Notes: a model not told the origin generated them from the letters alone. 24,000 bases of DNA from Halobacillus andaensis (GCF_014636475.1 NZ_BMEL01000004.1:496451-520450), one strand, 5' to 3'. Shown: positions 6,886 through 15,300, counted from the stretch's first letter. Numbers and translations are program-made.

Positions 6886-6899
6886 CCGAAACGTTTTGG
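6886..6899. promoter_or_regulatory. LacI-family operator O3
   Basis: CCGAAACGTTTTGG. Its centre is 33 bp from the O2 centre, and it lies just upstream of the glucosidase RBS. Confidence 0.6.
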
Positions 6900-6922
6900 T
6901 TCATACATGGAGGAGGGGTTTT

Positions 6923-9040
6923 ATGAATTATAGAGCAATTAAAGAAAATAATATGTTCTTACTAACTAATCCAAGTGGGAACATATTCTCCGAGGACGCT
7001 TATGGTTTAGGTCTTTACATAAAAGATACGAGATTTTTAAGCCATTTTGAAACTTTCATAAATGGAGAATCACCGATTTTATTGGATTCTGATGGATCTA
7101 GTAATTATGTTTCTCGTATGACGTTAACCAACCCCCATCAAGAAGAAAACGGGGAAATTAAACTTTGGAGAGAATCCTTAGAGGTGGCTAGAGAACAATT
7201 CATTGTAGAGAACGTTCTCTATGAAAAGATTTCTTTTAAGAATTACAGTCCACAATCCATCGAATTTACTTTCAGTGTAAAAGCGCAAGCAGATTTTAAA
7301 GATATGTTTTTAATTCGTGGATTTCAATCAGGCAATATTGGACGTCTTACTGAAACTCTTTCTGATCATGATCAGCTATCCTTTCACTACGAAGGAGCAG
7401 ATGACCTAGATCGTTCAACCACTTTAAGCTGGAATCAACAAGGGAAAGCCGACAAAGATGATCGGACTCTGATACATTTCCCTTTCAGCCTTAAGCCTCA
7501 AGAAGAGAAAGAACTTATACTAAACGTTTCTGCAGCTATTAAAGATCAATTTGCAGGCGTTCCTTTAAATTATGAAGAGGCACTGGAAAAGCTTGAATCC
7601 TCACATGAACAGTGGAACGCTGAGCTGCCGTCGGTATCTTCAGATTCTGAAGTTCTTAATGGATCAGTAAAGCAAGGGTTAAATGACTTAAGAGTATTAC
7701 TGACGAACTTAGGTCATGGTCCTTTTCCAGTTGCGGGTTTGCCTTGGTTCGGCGTTCCGTTTGGAAGAGACAGCTTAATTGCTGCGTGGCAAATGCTTCC
7801 TTTCTATCCTGAAGCAGCGAAAGGCACCTTGTTTACAATGGCTTCTCTGCAAGGAACGAAAGAAAACGAGTGGAGAGATGAACAGCCAGGGAAAATTATG
7901 CATGAAATTCGCTACGGAGAACTGGCAAACACAAATCAGGTTCCATTCACTCCTTACTATGGAACGATCGATGCGACGCCGTTGTTTCTTGTACTATTAA
8001 GCGAGTATGTGAAATGGACAGGAGATCTTAAAACATTTGAATTGCTACAAGATAACGTAGACCAGGCGCTCGAGTGGATTAACAAATATGGAGATCGTGA
8101 TCAGGATGGATTTGTAGAGTATTTCCAAGAATCTGCAAAGGGGATTGCAAATCAAGGGTGGAAAGATTCAGCGGATTCAGTAGTCCACCGCTCGGGTAAA
8201 TATGCCGAAGCTCCGATAGCATTATCAGAAGTGCAAGGGTATGTCTATCATGCAAAAACAGGGCTTGCAGATGTTTACGAAGCTGTCCGTCAAGGCGAAA
8301 AAGCCACCCTTCTCAGACAAGAAGCAGAAAAGTTAAGCGACCTTTATGAAAACGCTTTCTGGTTAGAGGAAGAAAGATTTTACGCAATAGCTTTAGATAA
8401 AGAGAAAAAACAAGTCGGTTCAATTACTTCAAATCCTGGTCACACACTAATTTCAGGTATTGCTTCAGAAAACAGAAGTCGTGCTGTAGCGGAAAAGCTG
8501 GTTTCTCCTTCTATGTTCTCAGGTTACGGCATACGTACGATGGCCACTTCTGAAAAAGCTTATAATCCAATGAGTTACCACGATGGCAGTGTATGGCCGC
8601 ATGATAACAGTCTTGCTCTTTTAGGCATGAGTAAACGGGGTTATACAAAAGAGTTGAAAACTACAGTGGAAGGATTGTTGCAAGCAGCTTCTGAATTTGA
8701 CTACTATCGACTTCCTGAATTGTTTTGCGGTTATGAGAAGGAAAAAGGAAGACTTATTCGTTACCCAGTAGCTTGCTCTCCTCAGGCATGGGCAGCTGGA
8801 ACTTCATTAACATTTATCCAGTCACTCTTAGGGCTATTTCCAAATGTTTTAACAGAAAAAATTATACTTAACCCAACTCTTTTAGATGATATGAATCACT
8901 TAGAAGTTGAGAAATTGCCAGTAGGAAGAGGATATTTAAGTCTTAAACTGAAAAGAGAAGATGGTTTTATTCGAGTAAACGTATTAGAAAATACTACAGG
9001 TTTAAAAGTGGTTTCCTCACAACCTGTAGAATCTAAATAA
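6923..9040 (+). CDS. Cytoplasmic amylo-alpha-1,6-glucosidase / glycogen-debranching-enzyme-like (GDE_N + GDE_C, GH133-like) protein
   Basis: The ATG at 6923 follows GGAGGAGGGG. The track TTG at 6896 lies inside operator O3. Motifs: GLPWFGVPFGRDSLIA, GKIMHEIRYGE, YYGTIDATPLF, NQGWKDSADSV, SYHDGSVWPHDN. No signal peptide. Confidence 0.8.
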   Translation: MNYRAIKENNMFLLTNPSGNIFSEDAYGLGLYIKDTRFLSHFETFINGESPILLDSDGSSNYVSRMTLTNPHQEENGEIKLWRESLEVAREQFIVENVLYEKISFKNYSPQSIEFTFSVKAQADFKDMFLIRGFQSGNIGRLTETLSDHDQLSFHYEGADDLDRSTTLSWNQQGKADKDDRTLIHFPFSLKPQEEKELILNVSAAIKDQFAGVPLNYEEALEKLESSHEQWNAELPSVSSDSEVLNGSVKQGLNDLRVLLTNLGHGPFPVAGLPWFGVPFGRDSLIAAWQMLPFYPEAAKGTLFTMASLQGTKENEWRDEQPGKIMHEIRYGELANTNQVPFTPYYGTIDATPLFLVLLSEYVKWTGDLKTFELLQDNVDQALEWINKYGDRDQDGFVEYFQESAKGIANQGWKDSADSVVHRSGKYAEAPIALSEVQGYVYHAKTGLADVYEAVRQGEKATLLRQEAEKLSDLYENAFWLEEERFYAIALDKEKKQVGSITSNPGHTLISGIASENRSRAVAEKLVSPSMFSGYGIRTMATSEKAYNPMSYHDGSVWPHDNSLALLGMSKRGYTKELKTTVEGLLQAASEFDYYRLPELFCGYEKEKGRLIRYPVACSPQAWAAGTSLTFIQSLLGLFPNVLTEKIILNPTLLDDMNHLEVEKLPVGRGYLSLKLKREDGFIRVNVLENTTGLKVVSSQPVESK

Positions 9041-9059
9041 ATTGAAGGAGGAGAAAGTT

Positions 9060-10316
9060 ATGAAAACAAAATCGTGGATGATTTTAAGTTCTCTATTAAC
9101 ATTATTACTGATCGCAGCAGGTTGTTCAGGAAACGATGGAACTTCTGGTGACGGAGGAAGCGAAACCGAAGATGGTAAAACAGAAATTTCTTTAGCAGGA
9201 TGGTCTTCTTCCCCTGAAGAAGAGAAACTTTTAAAACAGCAGCTCGAAGATTTTGAAGAAGAGAATCCGGATATTACAGTGAAACATGAAGTGATTGCCG
9301 ATCAGTATATGGATGTCCTTAAAACTCGTTTAGTAGGTGGGGAAGGACCTGACGTATTCTACTTAGATGCTGTTGAAGCACCTGCTCTTATTGAAACGGG
9401 CGTTCTCGAACCTCTTAATAGTTACGTAGACGAAGATTTTGATGCAGGTGATTTTGAAGAAAATTTAATCGATCCTTTTAAAGATGAGGAAGGTGAAGTG
9501 TATGGTTTTCCGAAAGGATACTCTACTTTAGGCTTGTTCTATAACAAAGAAATGCTTGATGAAGCAGGCGTAGATGTTCCGACCAACTGGGAGGAGCTAG
9601 AAGAAGCTGCCAAAGAATTGACGACAGAGGATACGGTTGGTCTAGGGATTTCTCCAGAAATGGCACGCAACCAATTTATTGGGGAGTCTGGAGAAGGAGA
9701 CATGGTTGTAGATGGTAAAGCAGCATTTGGAAGTGAGGAAGTAGTCAATGCATTACAACCGATTGTTGATTTGCGAAACGAACATGAAGCAGCAGCTGCT
9801 CCATCAGAGATGGGTGCGGAATCCACAGGAGAAATGTTTGGTCAAGGGCGTGCTGCTATGGTTATGGAGGGGAATTGGAACGTTCCATACTTAAACGAAA
9901 CCTTCCCAGATATGGAGTATGGTGTTTCAGAAATTCCTACTTTCAATGATTCACAAGGTACCATGGCGTTTACAGTATCTTACGTAATGAACCAAGCTTC
10001 AGAAAAGAAAGAAGCTTCCTGGAAACTAATCTCTTACTTAACTGGTCAAGAAGGAATGAAAACGTGGACAGAAACAGGGCTGGAACTGCCTGCCAGGGCA
10101 TCAGTTGCAGAAGAACTAGGATATGAAGACGATGAAATTCGAGGTCCTTTAGTAGCTGGCGCTGAGTATGCTACAGCTTGGTCAGACGGGCCGAATTTAC
10201 CAACTATTTATAATAACTTTGATAACGAATTCTTGTCTGCTTTCCTTGGGGAAAAATCACTTGAAGAAGCATTAGAAACTGGTGAAGACGTGGCAAATAG
10301 TGAAATAGGTGAATAA
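9060..10316 (+). CDS. ABC sugar transporter substrate-binding lipoprotein (CUT1 family), highly acidic
   Basis: The ATG at 9060 follows GAAGGAGGAG. Signal peptide and lipobox LLIAAGC are present. The mature protein is rich in D and E. Confidence 0.9.
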   Translation: MKTKSWMILSSLLTLLLIAAGCSGNDGTSGDGGSETEDGKTEISLAGWSSSPEEEKLLKQQLEDFEEENPDITVKHEVIADQYMDVLKTRLVGGEGPDVFYLDAVEAPALIETGVLEPLNSYVDEDFDAGDFEENLIDPFKDEEGEVYGFPKGYSTLGLFYNKEMLDEAGVDVPTNWEELEEAAKELTTEDTVGLGISPEMARNQFIGESGEGDMVVDGKAAFGSEEVVNALQPIVDLRNEHEAAAAPSEMGAESTGEMFGQGRAAMVMEGNWNVPYLNETFPDMEYGVSEIPTFNDSQGTMAFTVSYVMNQASEKKEASWKLISYLTGQEGMKTWTETGLELPARASVAEELGYEDDEIRGPLVAGAEYATAWSDGPNLPTIYNNFDNEFLSAFLGEKSLEEALETGEDVANSEIGE

Positions 10317-10322
10317 AAACAT

Positions 10323-10357
10323 CAATAGCGATTATGCACCACCCATGATCGCTATTG
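10323..10357 (+). other. Intercistronic stem-loop after the binding-protein gene
   Basis: CAATAGCGAT / ATCGCTATTG form a perfect 10-bp stem with a 15-nt loop. No T-run follows. Confidence 0.5.
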
Positions 10358-10386
10358 AAAAATTCGAATAAAAGGGAGGGCCTCAT

Positions 10387-11328
10387 ATGGAACGGGCTGA
10401 GGCAGGAAGTTATTCAAAAGTGAAAAGCAAAAAGAAAAGAAATTATACTCGGTTGTTAAGGAGTATCATTCAAGGTTACGGTTTTATGCTGCCAACGATC
10501 CTGGTGTTGTTAGTGTTTATATTAGGACCTGTTCTTTATGCGGTTTTCCTTTCATTCTTTGATGTAACTCTATTAGGCGGTACTGTGCTCGATTATACAG
10601 GTGTTGATAACTACTTAAGAATTATGGAGGATTCACGGGCAAAAAGAGCGCTGGTGAATACCGCTTTGTATGTGGGAATTGTAGTTCCAGCTCAGACTTT
10701 CTTAGCGTTATTTCTAGCATCAACACTAAATGCCGGCTTAAAAGGTGAGAAGATCTTTAGAATCATTTATTTTCTGCCAACATTAACATCTTCTGCAGTT
10801 CTTACACTTATTTTTATGTGGATGTACAACCAGAATGGACTAATTAATAACCTACTAGACAAAGTGAATTTGCCTACATACAACTGGATAGGAGACCCGA
10901 ATATTGCTTTGTATTCCATAATGATTATGAATATTTGGGCTACAGCTCCATTATTTATGGTCATATATTTGGCGGCATTGCAAGGGGTGCCGAAGAATTT
11001 GTATGAAGCAGCCGAACTTGACGGTGCAAACGTCATTCAACGTTTCTGGCATATTACAGTGCCTCAGCTTCGTCCTATTACTTCTTTTGTTGTCATTATG
11101 GGATTAATCGGAACCTTTCAATTGTTTGACCAGTCGTACATTTTCTCAGGAGGGTCTGGTGGACCTTCAAATTCCACACTAACTGTTGTGCTTTTAATTT
11201 ATCAATATGCCTTTAAATCGTTGGGAACGATGGGGTATGCGACGGCAATTGCATTTATCCTGGCGTTAATTATCTTGATTGCGAGTATTTTACAGAGAGT
11301 TTTATCGAAGGAAGAACAATTCAATTAA
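10387..11328 (+). CDS. ABC sugar transporter permease (MalF/UgpA-like)
   Basis: Multi-TM protein with the EAA-loop region LYEAAELDGAN. RBS is GGGAGGG. Confidence 0.9.
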   Translation: MERAEAGSYSKVKSKKKRNYTRLLRSIIQGYGFMLPTILVLLVFILGPVLYAVFLSFFDVTLLGGTVLDYTGVDNYLRIMEDSRAKRALVNTALYVGIVVPAQTFLALFLASTLNAGLKGEKIFRIIYFLPTLTSSAVLTLIFMWMYNQNGLINNLLDKVNLPTYNWIGDPNIALYSIMIMNIWATAPLFMVIYLAALQGVPKNLYEAAELDGANVIQRFWHITVPQLRPITSFVVIMGLIGTFQLFDQSYIFSGGSGGPSNSTLTVVLLIYQYAFKSLGTMGYATAIAFILALIILIASILQRVLSKEEQFN

Positions 11329-11343
11329 TGGAGGGGATCAATA

Positions 11344-12171
11344 ATGCAAAAGAAAAAGTCGTGGGCTAAGAAACTGTTGTATGTTGTTTTGATCACCTAT
11401 GCATTAATTACGTTAGTTCCCTTCGTGTGGGCATTATCGTCGTCTTTTAAAACTTTTGCGGAAATTTCAAGCGGAGTTATGAACTTTATTCCAAAAGAGT
11501 TTACGTTCGAAAACTATAAGCAGATTTTTATTGAAGAAGATTTATTTTTTCGCTGGTTATTAAACTCTGTTGCTATTGCAGGGGGTGGAACAGCTCTGAA
11601 TTTGTTATTTAATTCCATGGCTGGGTATGCTTTAGCTAGAATTAGTTTCCCTGGAAAACGGATGTGGTTCATGCTTATTCTAGCTGTCATTATGATTCCT
11701 GTTCAAGTAACGATGATTCCTAACTACTTAATTCTTAAAGAGCTAGGATGGCTTAATAGTTATCAAGGTATGATCGTACCGGCAATGATTAATGCAACCT
11801 TTATCTTTATGATGAGACAATTCTTTATTAATTTCCCTAAAGAGTTAGAGGAAGCGGCTTCACTAGATGGGTTAGGAAGGTTCGGTATGTTCCTTAAAGT
11901 CGTACTTCCTTTAGCAAAACCTGCTTTGGCAGCCCAAGCGATTTTCGTGTTCATGGGCTTTTGGAATGATTTTATGAGACCTCTTATTATTATGACGGAT
12001 GCTGAAATGTATACGCTGACAGTCGGCCTTAATTCATTTAAAGGTCAATATGTTACCTATTGGAACTATATTATGGCGGCCTCTATGGTATTTACGCTTC
12101 CCGTGCTCGTTATTTATATGTTCTTTAACAAGTTCTTCATGAAGGGACTTTCCTTCACGGCAGATAAGTAA
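11344..12171 (+). CDS. ABC sugar transporter permease (MalG/UgpE-like)
   Basis: Multi-TM protein with the EAA loop LEEAASLDGLGRF. RBS is GGAGGGG. Confidence 0.9.
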   Translation: MQKKKSWAKKLLYVVLITYALITLVPFVWALSSSFKTFAEISSGVMNFIPKEFTFENYKQIFIEEDLFFRWLLNSVAIAGGGTALNLLFNSMAGYALARISFPGKRMWFMLILAVIMIPVQVTMIPNYLILKELGWLNSYQGMIVPAMINATFIFMMRQFFINFPKELEEAASLDGLGRFGMFLKVVLPLAKPALAAQAIFVFMGFWNDFMRPLIIMTDAEMYTLTVGLNSFKGQYVTYWNYIMAASMVFTLPVLVIYMFFNKFFMKGLSFTADK

Positions 12172-12225
12172 AAGCACTCCTTTGTGATAAAATGAATGAA
12201 GAGTACATTCATTAGGAGGGCTGAT

Positions 12226-12840
12226 ATGTTCAAAAAGATGGCGACAGATGCTTTAGGGTTAAGTGACATAGGCAGTGTAATCTCCCCGGAGGACTATGAC
12301 AAAGTAGACGCTGATGATTATGTCATGCATGAAGATGGAGAGAAAATATATTTTTTAATTAAATCGAAGGCCGATGAATATTGCTTTACGAATAAAGCGC
12401 TGATTCATGTAGATGGAACAAGTGCTACAAGTAAAAAGCGTACGCTTAGACGTTACCCATATTACACCCATACGTTTTCAAATATTGAACTGGAAACAGC
12501 AGGCACGATAGATTTAGATGTCGAAATTAAGTTCAACCTTGGGAATGAGGAATTCGATATTGATGTGCATAAGAAGTTTATTGAAGAGGTGAAGGATTTG
12601 TACAAATCTCTGTTAAAAATTTCAGAGACTACAGAAGAGAATAAAACCTTTACTGACTATGCACATCAAAGCCTAAACACTGCGTCGGCTACGTTACAAA
12701 ATAGTCGAACGCATGAAACACGCTTATCACATGAATTTAGAGATATCAATGAAACCACCTTTAATTGGCTTTTAGAAACTAAAAACCAATATCATATTAA
12801 AGACTTTGGCCATGTATTTGAGCTTTTTATCAAAAATTAA
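12226..12840 (+). CDS. yvbH: Bacterial PH-domain protein, YvbH-like
   Basis: The ATG at 12226 follows AGGAGGG. MFKKMATDALGLSDIGSVISPEDYDKVDADDYVMHEDGEKIYFLIKSKADEYCFTNKALIHVDG follows the YvbH pattern as I remember it. Confidence 0.65.
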   Translation: MFKKMATDALGLSDIGSVISPEDYDKVDADDYVMHEDGEKIYFLIKSKADEYCFTNKALIHVDGTSATSKKRTLRRYPYYTHTFSNIELETAGTIDLDVEIKFNLGNEEFDIDVHKKFIEEVKDLYKSLLKISETTEENKTFTDYAHQSLNTASATLQNSRTHETRLSHEFRDINETTFNWLLETKNQYHIKDFGHVFELFIKN

Positions 12841-13036
12841 TAGGAAGCATCCCTTTTCTAAGGAAGTTATGGCTGGCTGTAGAAAAAACTTGAATGATGT
12901 TGATTTGGTAGCCCATGCTTCCTCTATTATAGAGGCCCGGAAACTCTTATAGTCCAGTTGGATAAGCCTCGTACGTCATTTTAACTAGTGGCTTTCTATC
13001 GTAAGGAATATTTATCCTCATTTAAAAAAGAAAAAA

Positions 13037-13066
13037 GCATGCAGAGAAAAGCCTTTCTCTACATGC
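13037..13066 (-). terminator. Terminator of the ykkCD-like operon
   Basis: Stem GCATGCAGAGAAA / TTTCTCTACATGC with one mismatch. The minus strand continues CTTTTTTCTTTTTT. Confidence 0.65.
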
Positions 13067-13068
13067 TG

Positions 13069-13099
13069 GCATCACTTCTTAAGGAAGTGATGCTTTTTT
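13069..13099 (+). terminator. Plus-strand terminator
   Basis: Stem GCATCACTTC / GAAGTGATGC followed by a T6 run. Confidence 0.6.
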
Positions 13100-13412
13100 A
13101 TTCAGAAAGTTTTATGCCTGCTACAGCAGCGATAATGATAGAAATACAAAGGATTCGCCGCCAATCTTTTGATTCATTATAAAAAATCATTCCTAGTATA
13201 GCTCCGCCTGCAGCTCCAAGTCCTGTCCATACAGCATAGGCGGTCCCCATAGGGAGACTGTCCATGGCAACAGATAAGCAAATAAAACTTAATAAAAAAG
13301 AAGCAACTAAACCTAGTAAAGAAGAAACGTTTTTATGATATTGATAAACATTAATCATTAGTACTCCACTCATCTCAAATAACCCGGCTGCAATTAAGAA
13401 AATCCAACTCAT
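13098..13412 (-). CDS. ykkD: SMR-family guanidinium exporter subunit (YkkD/GdnD-like)
   Basis: 104 aa with 4 TM segments and the motif PMGTAYAVWTGLGAAG. It overlaps the upstream gene by 4 nt. Confidence 0.85.
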   Translation of the reverse strand: MSWIFLIAAGLFEMSGVLMINVYQYHKNVSSLLGLVASFLLSFICLSVAMDSLPMGTAYAVWTGLGAAGGAILGMIFYNESKDWRRILCISIIIAAVAGIKLSE

Positions 13413-13753
13413 AATGTAGACTCCTCAGCTTGTTTAGGAGGATCTATAATTTTTAATGCGATAATTCCACTTACTAATAAGGCGATAAATAATAACTTTA
13501 TTATATTGATTTCTTCGTTAAATAACACAATTTCAGCGACTACTGTGCCCGTTGCACCTAAACCTGTAAACACAGCATAGGCTGTACCGACAGGGAGGAG
13601 TCGCCCAGAAGCAATAAGCAAATAAAAACTAATGAAAATAGCCAGACAAGTGAGTATCCATTCTATAACGGTAGAAGCGTGTTTTAAACCGATCACCCAG
13701 CCTACTTCAAATCCTGCAGCAATTACTAATTTTCTCCACTCCTTAGCGACCAT
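13409..13753 (-). CDS. ykkC: SMR-family guanidinium exporter subunit (YkkC/GdnC-like)
   Basis: The ATG at 13753 follows GAAGGGAGAG. MVAKEWRKLVIAAGFEVGW...PVGTAYAVFTGLGATG. The track start at 13882 reads through the riboswitch. Confidence 0.85.
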   Translation of the reverse strand: MVAKEWRKLVIAAGFEVGWVIGLKHASTVIEWILTCLAIFISFYLLIASGRLLPVGTAYAVFTGLGATGTVVAEIVLFNEEINIIKLLFIALLVSGIIALKIIDPPKQAEESTL

Positions 13754-13773
13754 TAATGTCTCTCCCTTCGTAA

Positions 13774-13897
13774 TAAAAAAAGGAGATATCTTTTTTATAA
13801 GATATCTCCCGGGCTTTTGTCCCTCCGTGTCACAGTGTATCCTGTGCGCTTTCTCTTGGACCAGTCCAATTACTTGATTCATTGCGGAACCCTAGAA
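13774..13897 (-). promoter_or_regulatory. Guanidine-I (ykkC-yxkD) riboswitch with terminator expression platform
   Basis: The minus strand reads CTAGGGTTCCG...TGGTCCAAGAG...ACACGGAGGGACAAAAGCCCGGGAGA. The terminator GGAGATATC-loop-GATATCTCC plus a T8 run follows. Its 5' arm overlaps the aptamer 3' end. Confidence 0.9.
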
Positions 13898-13920
13898 AAC
13901 ATTTGGATGAAATTAGTATC

Positions 13921-13949
13921 AGTATAGAATAAGAATACTTTAATGGCAA
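13921..13949 (-). promoter_or_regulatory. Sigma-A promoter for the riboswitch-ykkCD transcript
   Basis: Minus strand: TTGCCA (13949-13944), 17-nt spacer, TATACT (13926-13921). Confidence 0.55.
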
Positions 13950-13985
13950 ACCCTAAAAATAACAAATGTAAAAGGAGGGTGAAAA

Positions 13986-14180
13986 ATGGGAAGAGATGAA
14001 CACAAAAATTCAAATGCTAGAAAGAAACAGAAACTATCTCAAACACCTAACCATGAAAAACATGATGGAGTGGATGTAGAGTTTTCTCAAGATATGGCCG
14101 ATCACGAAGATATGGAAGCGATGAGAAGAAGTGAAGCAGCCGATCGTCGTGCAAACCATGAATCAAAGAGAAAACACTAA
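13986..14180 (+). CDS. yfhD: YfhD-like small spore-associated protein
   Basis: AAGGAGGGTG RBS. MGRDEHKNSNARKKQKLSQTPNHEKHDGVDVEFSQDMADHEDMEA follows the YfhD pattern as I remember it. Confidence 0.6.
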   Translation: MGRDEHKNSNARKKQKLSQTPNHEKHDGVDVEFSQDMADHEDMEAMRRSEAADRRANHESKRKH

Positions 14181-14190
14181 TTAGCTATTT

Positions 14191-14237
14191 GCACTCACAC
14201 TTCAGGCTTTAAAAGCTATGAAGCTGAGTGCTTTTTT
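14191..14237 (+). terminator. Rho-independent terminator
   Basis: Stem GCACTCACACTTCA / TGAAGCTGAGTGC followed by a T6 run. Confidence 0.75.
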
Positions 14238-14362
14238 AAGATTATCCTGTTTTATTTTTTTGTACAGTTTAAATTGTTTCAACTTTCGACATTTTATGAT
14301 ATACTTCGTAACTGTATTGAAAAATTCGTGTAATGTTTTGAAAAATAGGAGGAGGAATTATT

Positions 14363-15253
14363 ATGAAAAGTTTACGTAAATGGCTTCCGGCTGTATTACT
14401 TGGTTCTTCATTAGTATTAGCAGCATGCGGGGGCGACTCAGAGTCTGATTCTGGAGATGAAGGTGGAGAAGAATCTTCAGGAGATAAAGAAGTAAGCATT
14501 GGTATGAATAACTGGGCAGAAAACATTGCTGTCTCTAACATGTGGAAGATTGTACTTGAAGAAGAAGGATACGATGTTGAACTTGAGCAAGTAGAAAAAG
14601 GAGTATTATATGAAGCACTTGCAGCAGGTGACTTAGATATTGGTATGGAAATCTGGCTGCCAAATACTGACGCTTCTTTTTACGAACAATATGAAGAAGA
14701 TATCGACTGGCGTGAAACTTGGTATGAAGGAACTGAGCTTGGCCTTGTCGTTCCGTCTTATATGGAAGATGTTAATTCCATTGAAGATTTAAACGACAAC
14801 GTTGATGAGCTTGACGGTCAAATAGTTGGTATCGATTCCGGTGCAAGTATTATGTCTTTAACAGATGATGCTATTGAAGAATATGACCTTGATTATTCTC
14901 TAGCAGCATCCTCTGAAGGTTCTATGATGACTGAACTTACAAATGCAATTGAAAATGAAGAGCCGATCGTTGTTACTCATTGGACTCCACACTGGGCATT
15001 CTCTGAAATGGATCTTAAATTCTTAGAAGACCCTGAAAACGTATATGGGGATTCTGAGGATATCTCTTACGCTGCTCGTTTAGACCTAGAAGAAGACAAC
15101 CCTGAACTTGTTGAGTGGTTTGATAACTTTATGTTAGATGACCAGCAACTAGGTGAACTAATGGCATCTATTAACGAAGCGGACTCCGAAGAAGAGGGCG
15201 CTCAAGCGTGGATCGATGAAAACCAAGATGTTATTGATGAGTGGATGGAGTAA
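14363..15253 (+). CDS. opuAC: Glycine betaine/compatible-solute ABC transporter substrate-binding lipoprotein (OpuAC-like), orphan
   Basis: Lipobox LVLAAC. NNWAENIAVSNMWKIVLEEEGYDVEL and WLPNTD are typical of OpuAC. No permease or ATPase gene is adjacent. Confidence 0.8.
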   Translation: MKSLRKWLPAVLLGSSLVLAACGGDSESDSGDEGGEESSGDKEVSIGMNNWAENIAVSNMWKIVLEEEGYDVELEQVEKGVLYEALAAGDLDIGMEIWLPNTDASFYEQYEEDIDWRETWYEGTELGLVVPSYMEDVNSIEDLNDNVDELDGQIVGIDSGASIMSLTDDAIEEYDLDYSLAASSEGSMMTELTNAIENEEPIVVTHWTPHWAFSEMDLKFLEDPENVYGDSEDISYAARLDLEEDNPELVEWFDNFMLDDQQLGELMASINEADSEEEGAQAWIDENQDVIDEWME

Positions 15254-15261
15254 ATTTAGTT

Positions 15262-15300
15262 AATAAGCACCCTGCTATATATAGCAGGGTGCTTATTTTG
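15262..15300 (+). terminator. Rho-independent terminator
   Basis: Perfect 16-bp stem AATAAGCACCCTGCTA / TAGCAGGGTGCTTATT followed by TTTT. Confidence 0.85.

Noticed and set aside
7779-11954. ORFs 7779-8000 (+), 9539-9826 (-), 10204-10386 (-), 10767-11036 (-) and 11763-11954 (-)
   Set aside because: They are embedded in or antisense to the glucosidase and ABC genes. Their composition is biased (for example Ser/Ala runs mirroring the acidic binding protein).
12869-12952. 27-codon ORF (MAGCRKNLNDVDLVAHASSIIEARKLL)
   Set aside because: The RBS context is weak, it overlaps the predicted long-range stem, and it has no recognisable features.
12988-13182. 64-aa + strand ORF
   Set aside because: It spans two terminator hairpins and runs antisense into ykkD. 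No RBS is present.
13754-13882. N-terminal extension of the 157-aa SMR ORF, and the antisense ORF 13632-13877
   Set aside because: The extension is the guanidine-I riboswitch and its terminator read as protein. The antisense ORF is the mirror frame of a membrane protein gene.
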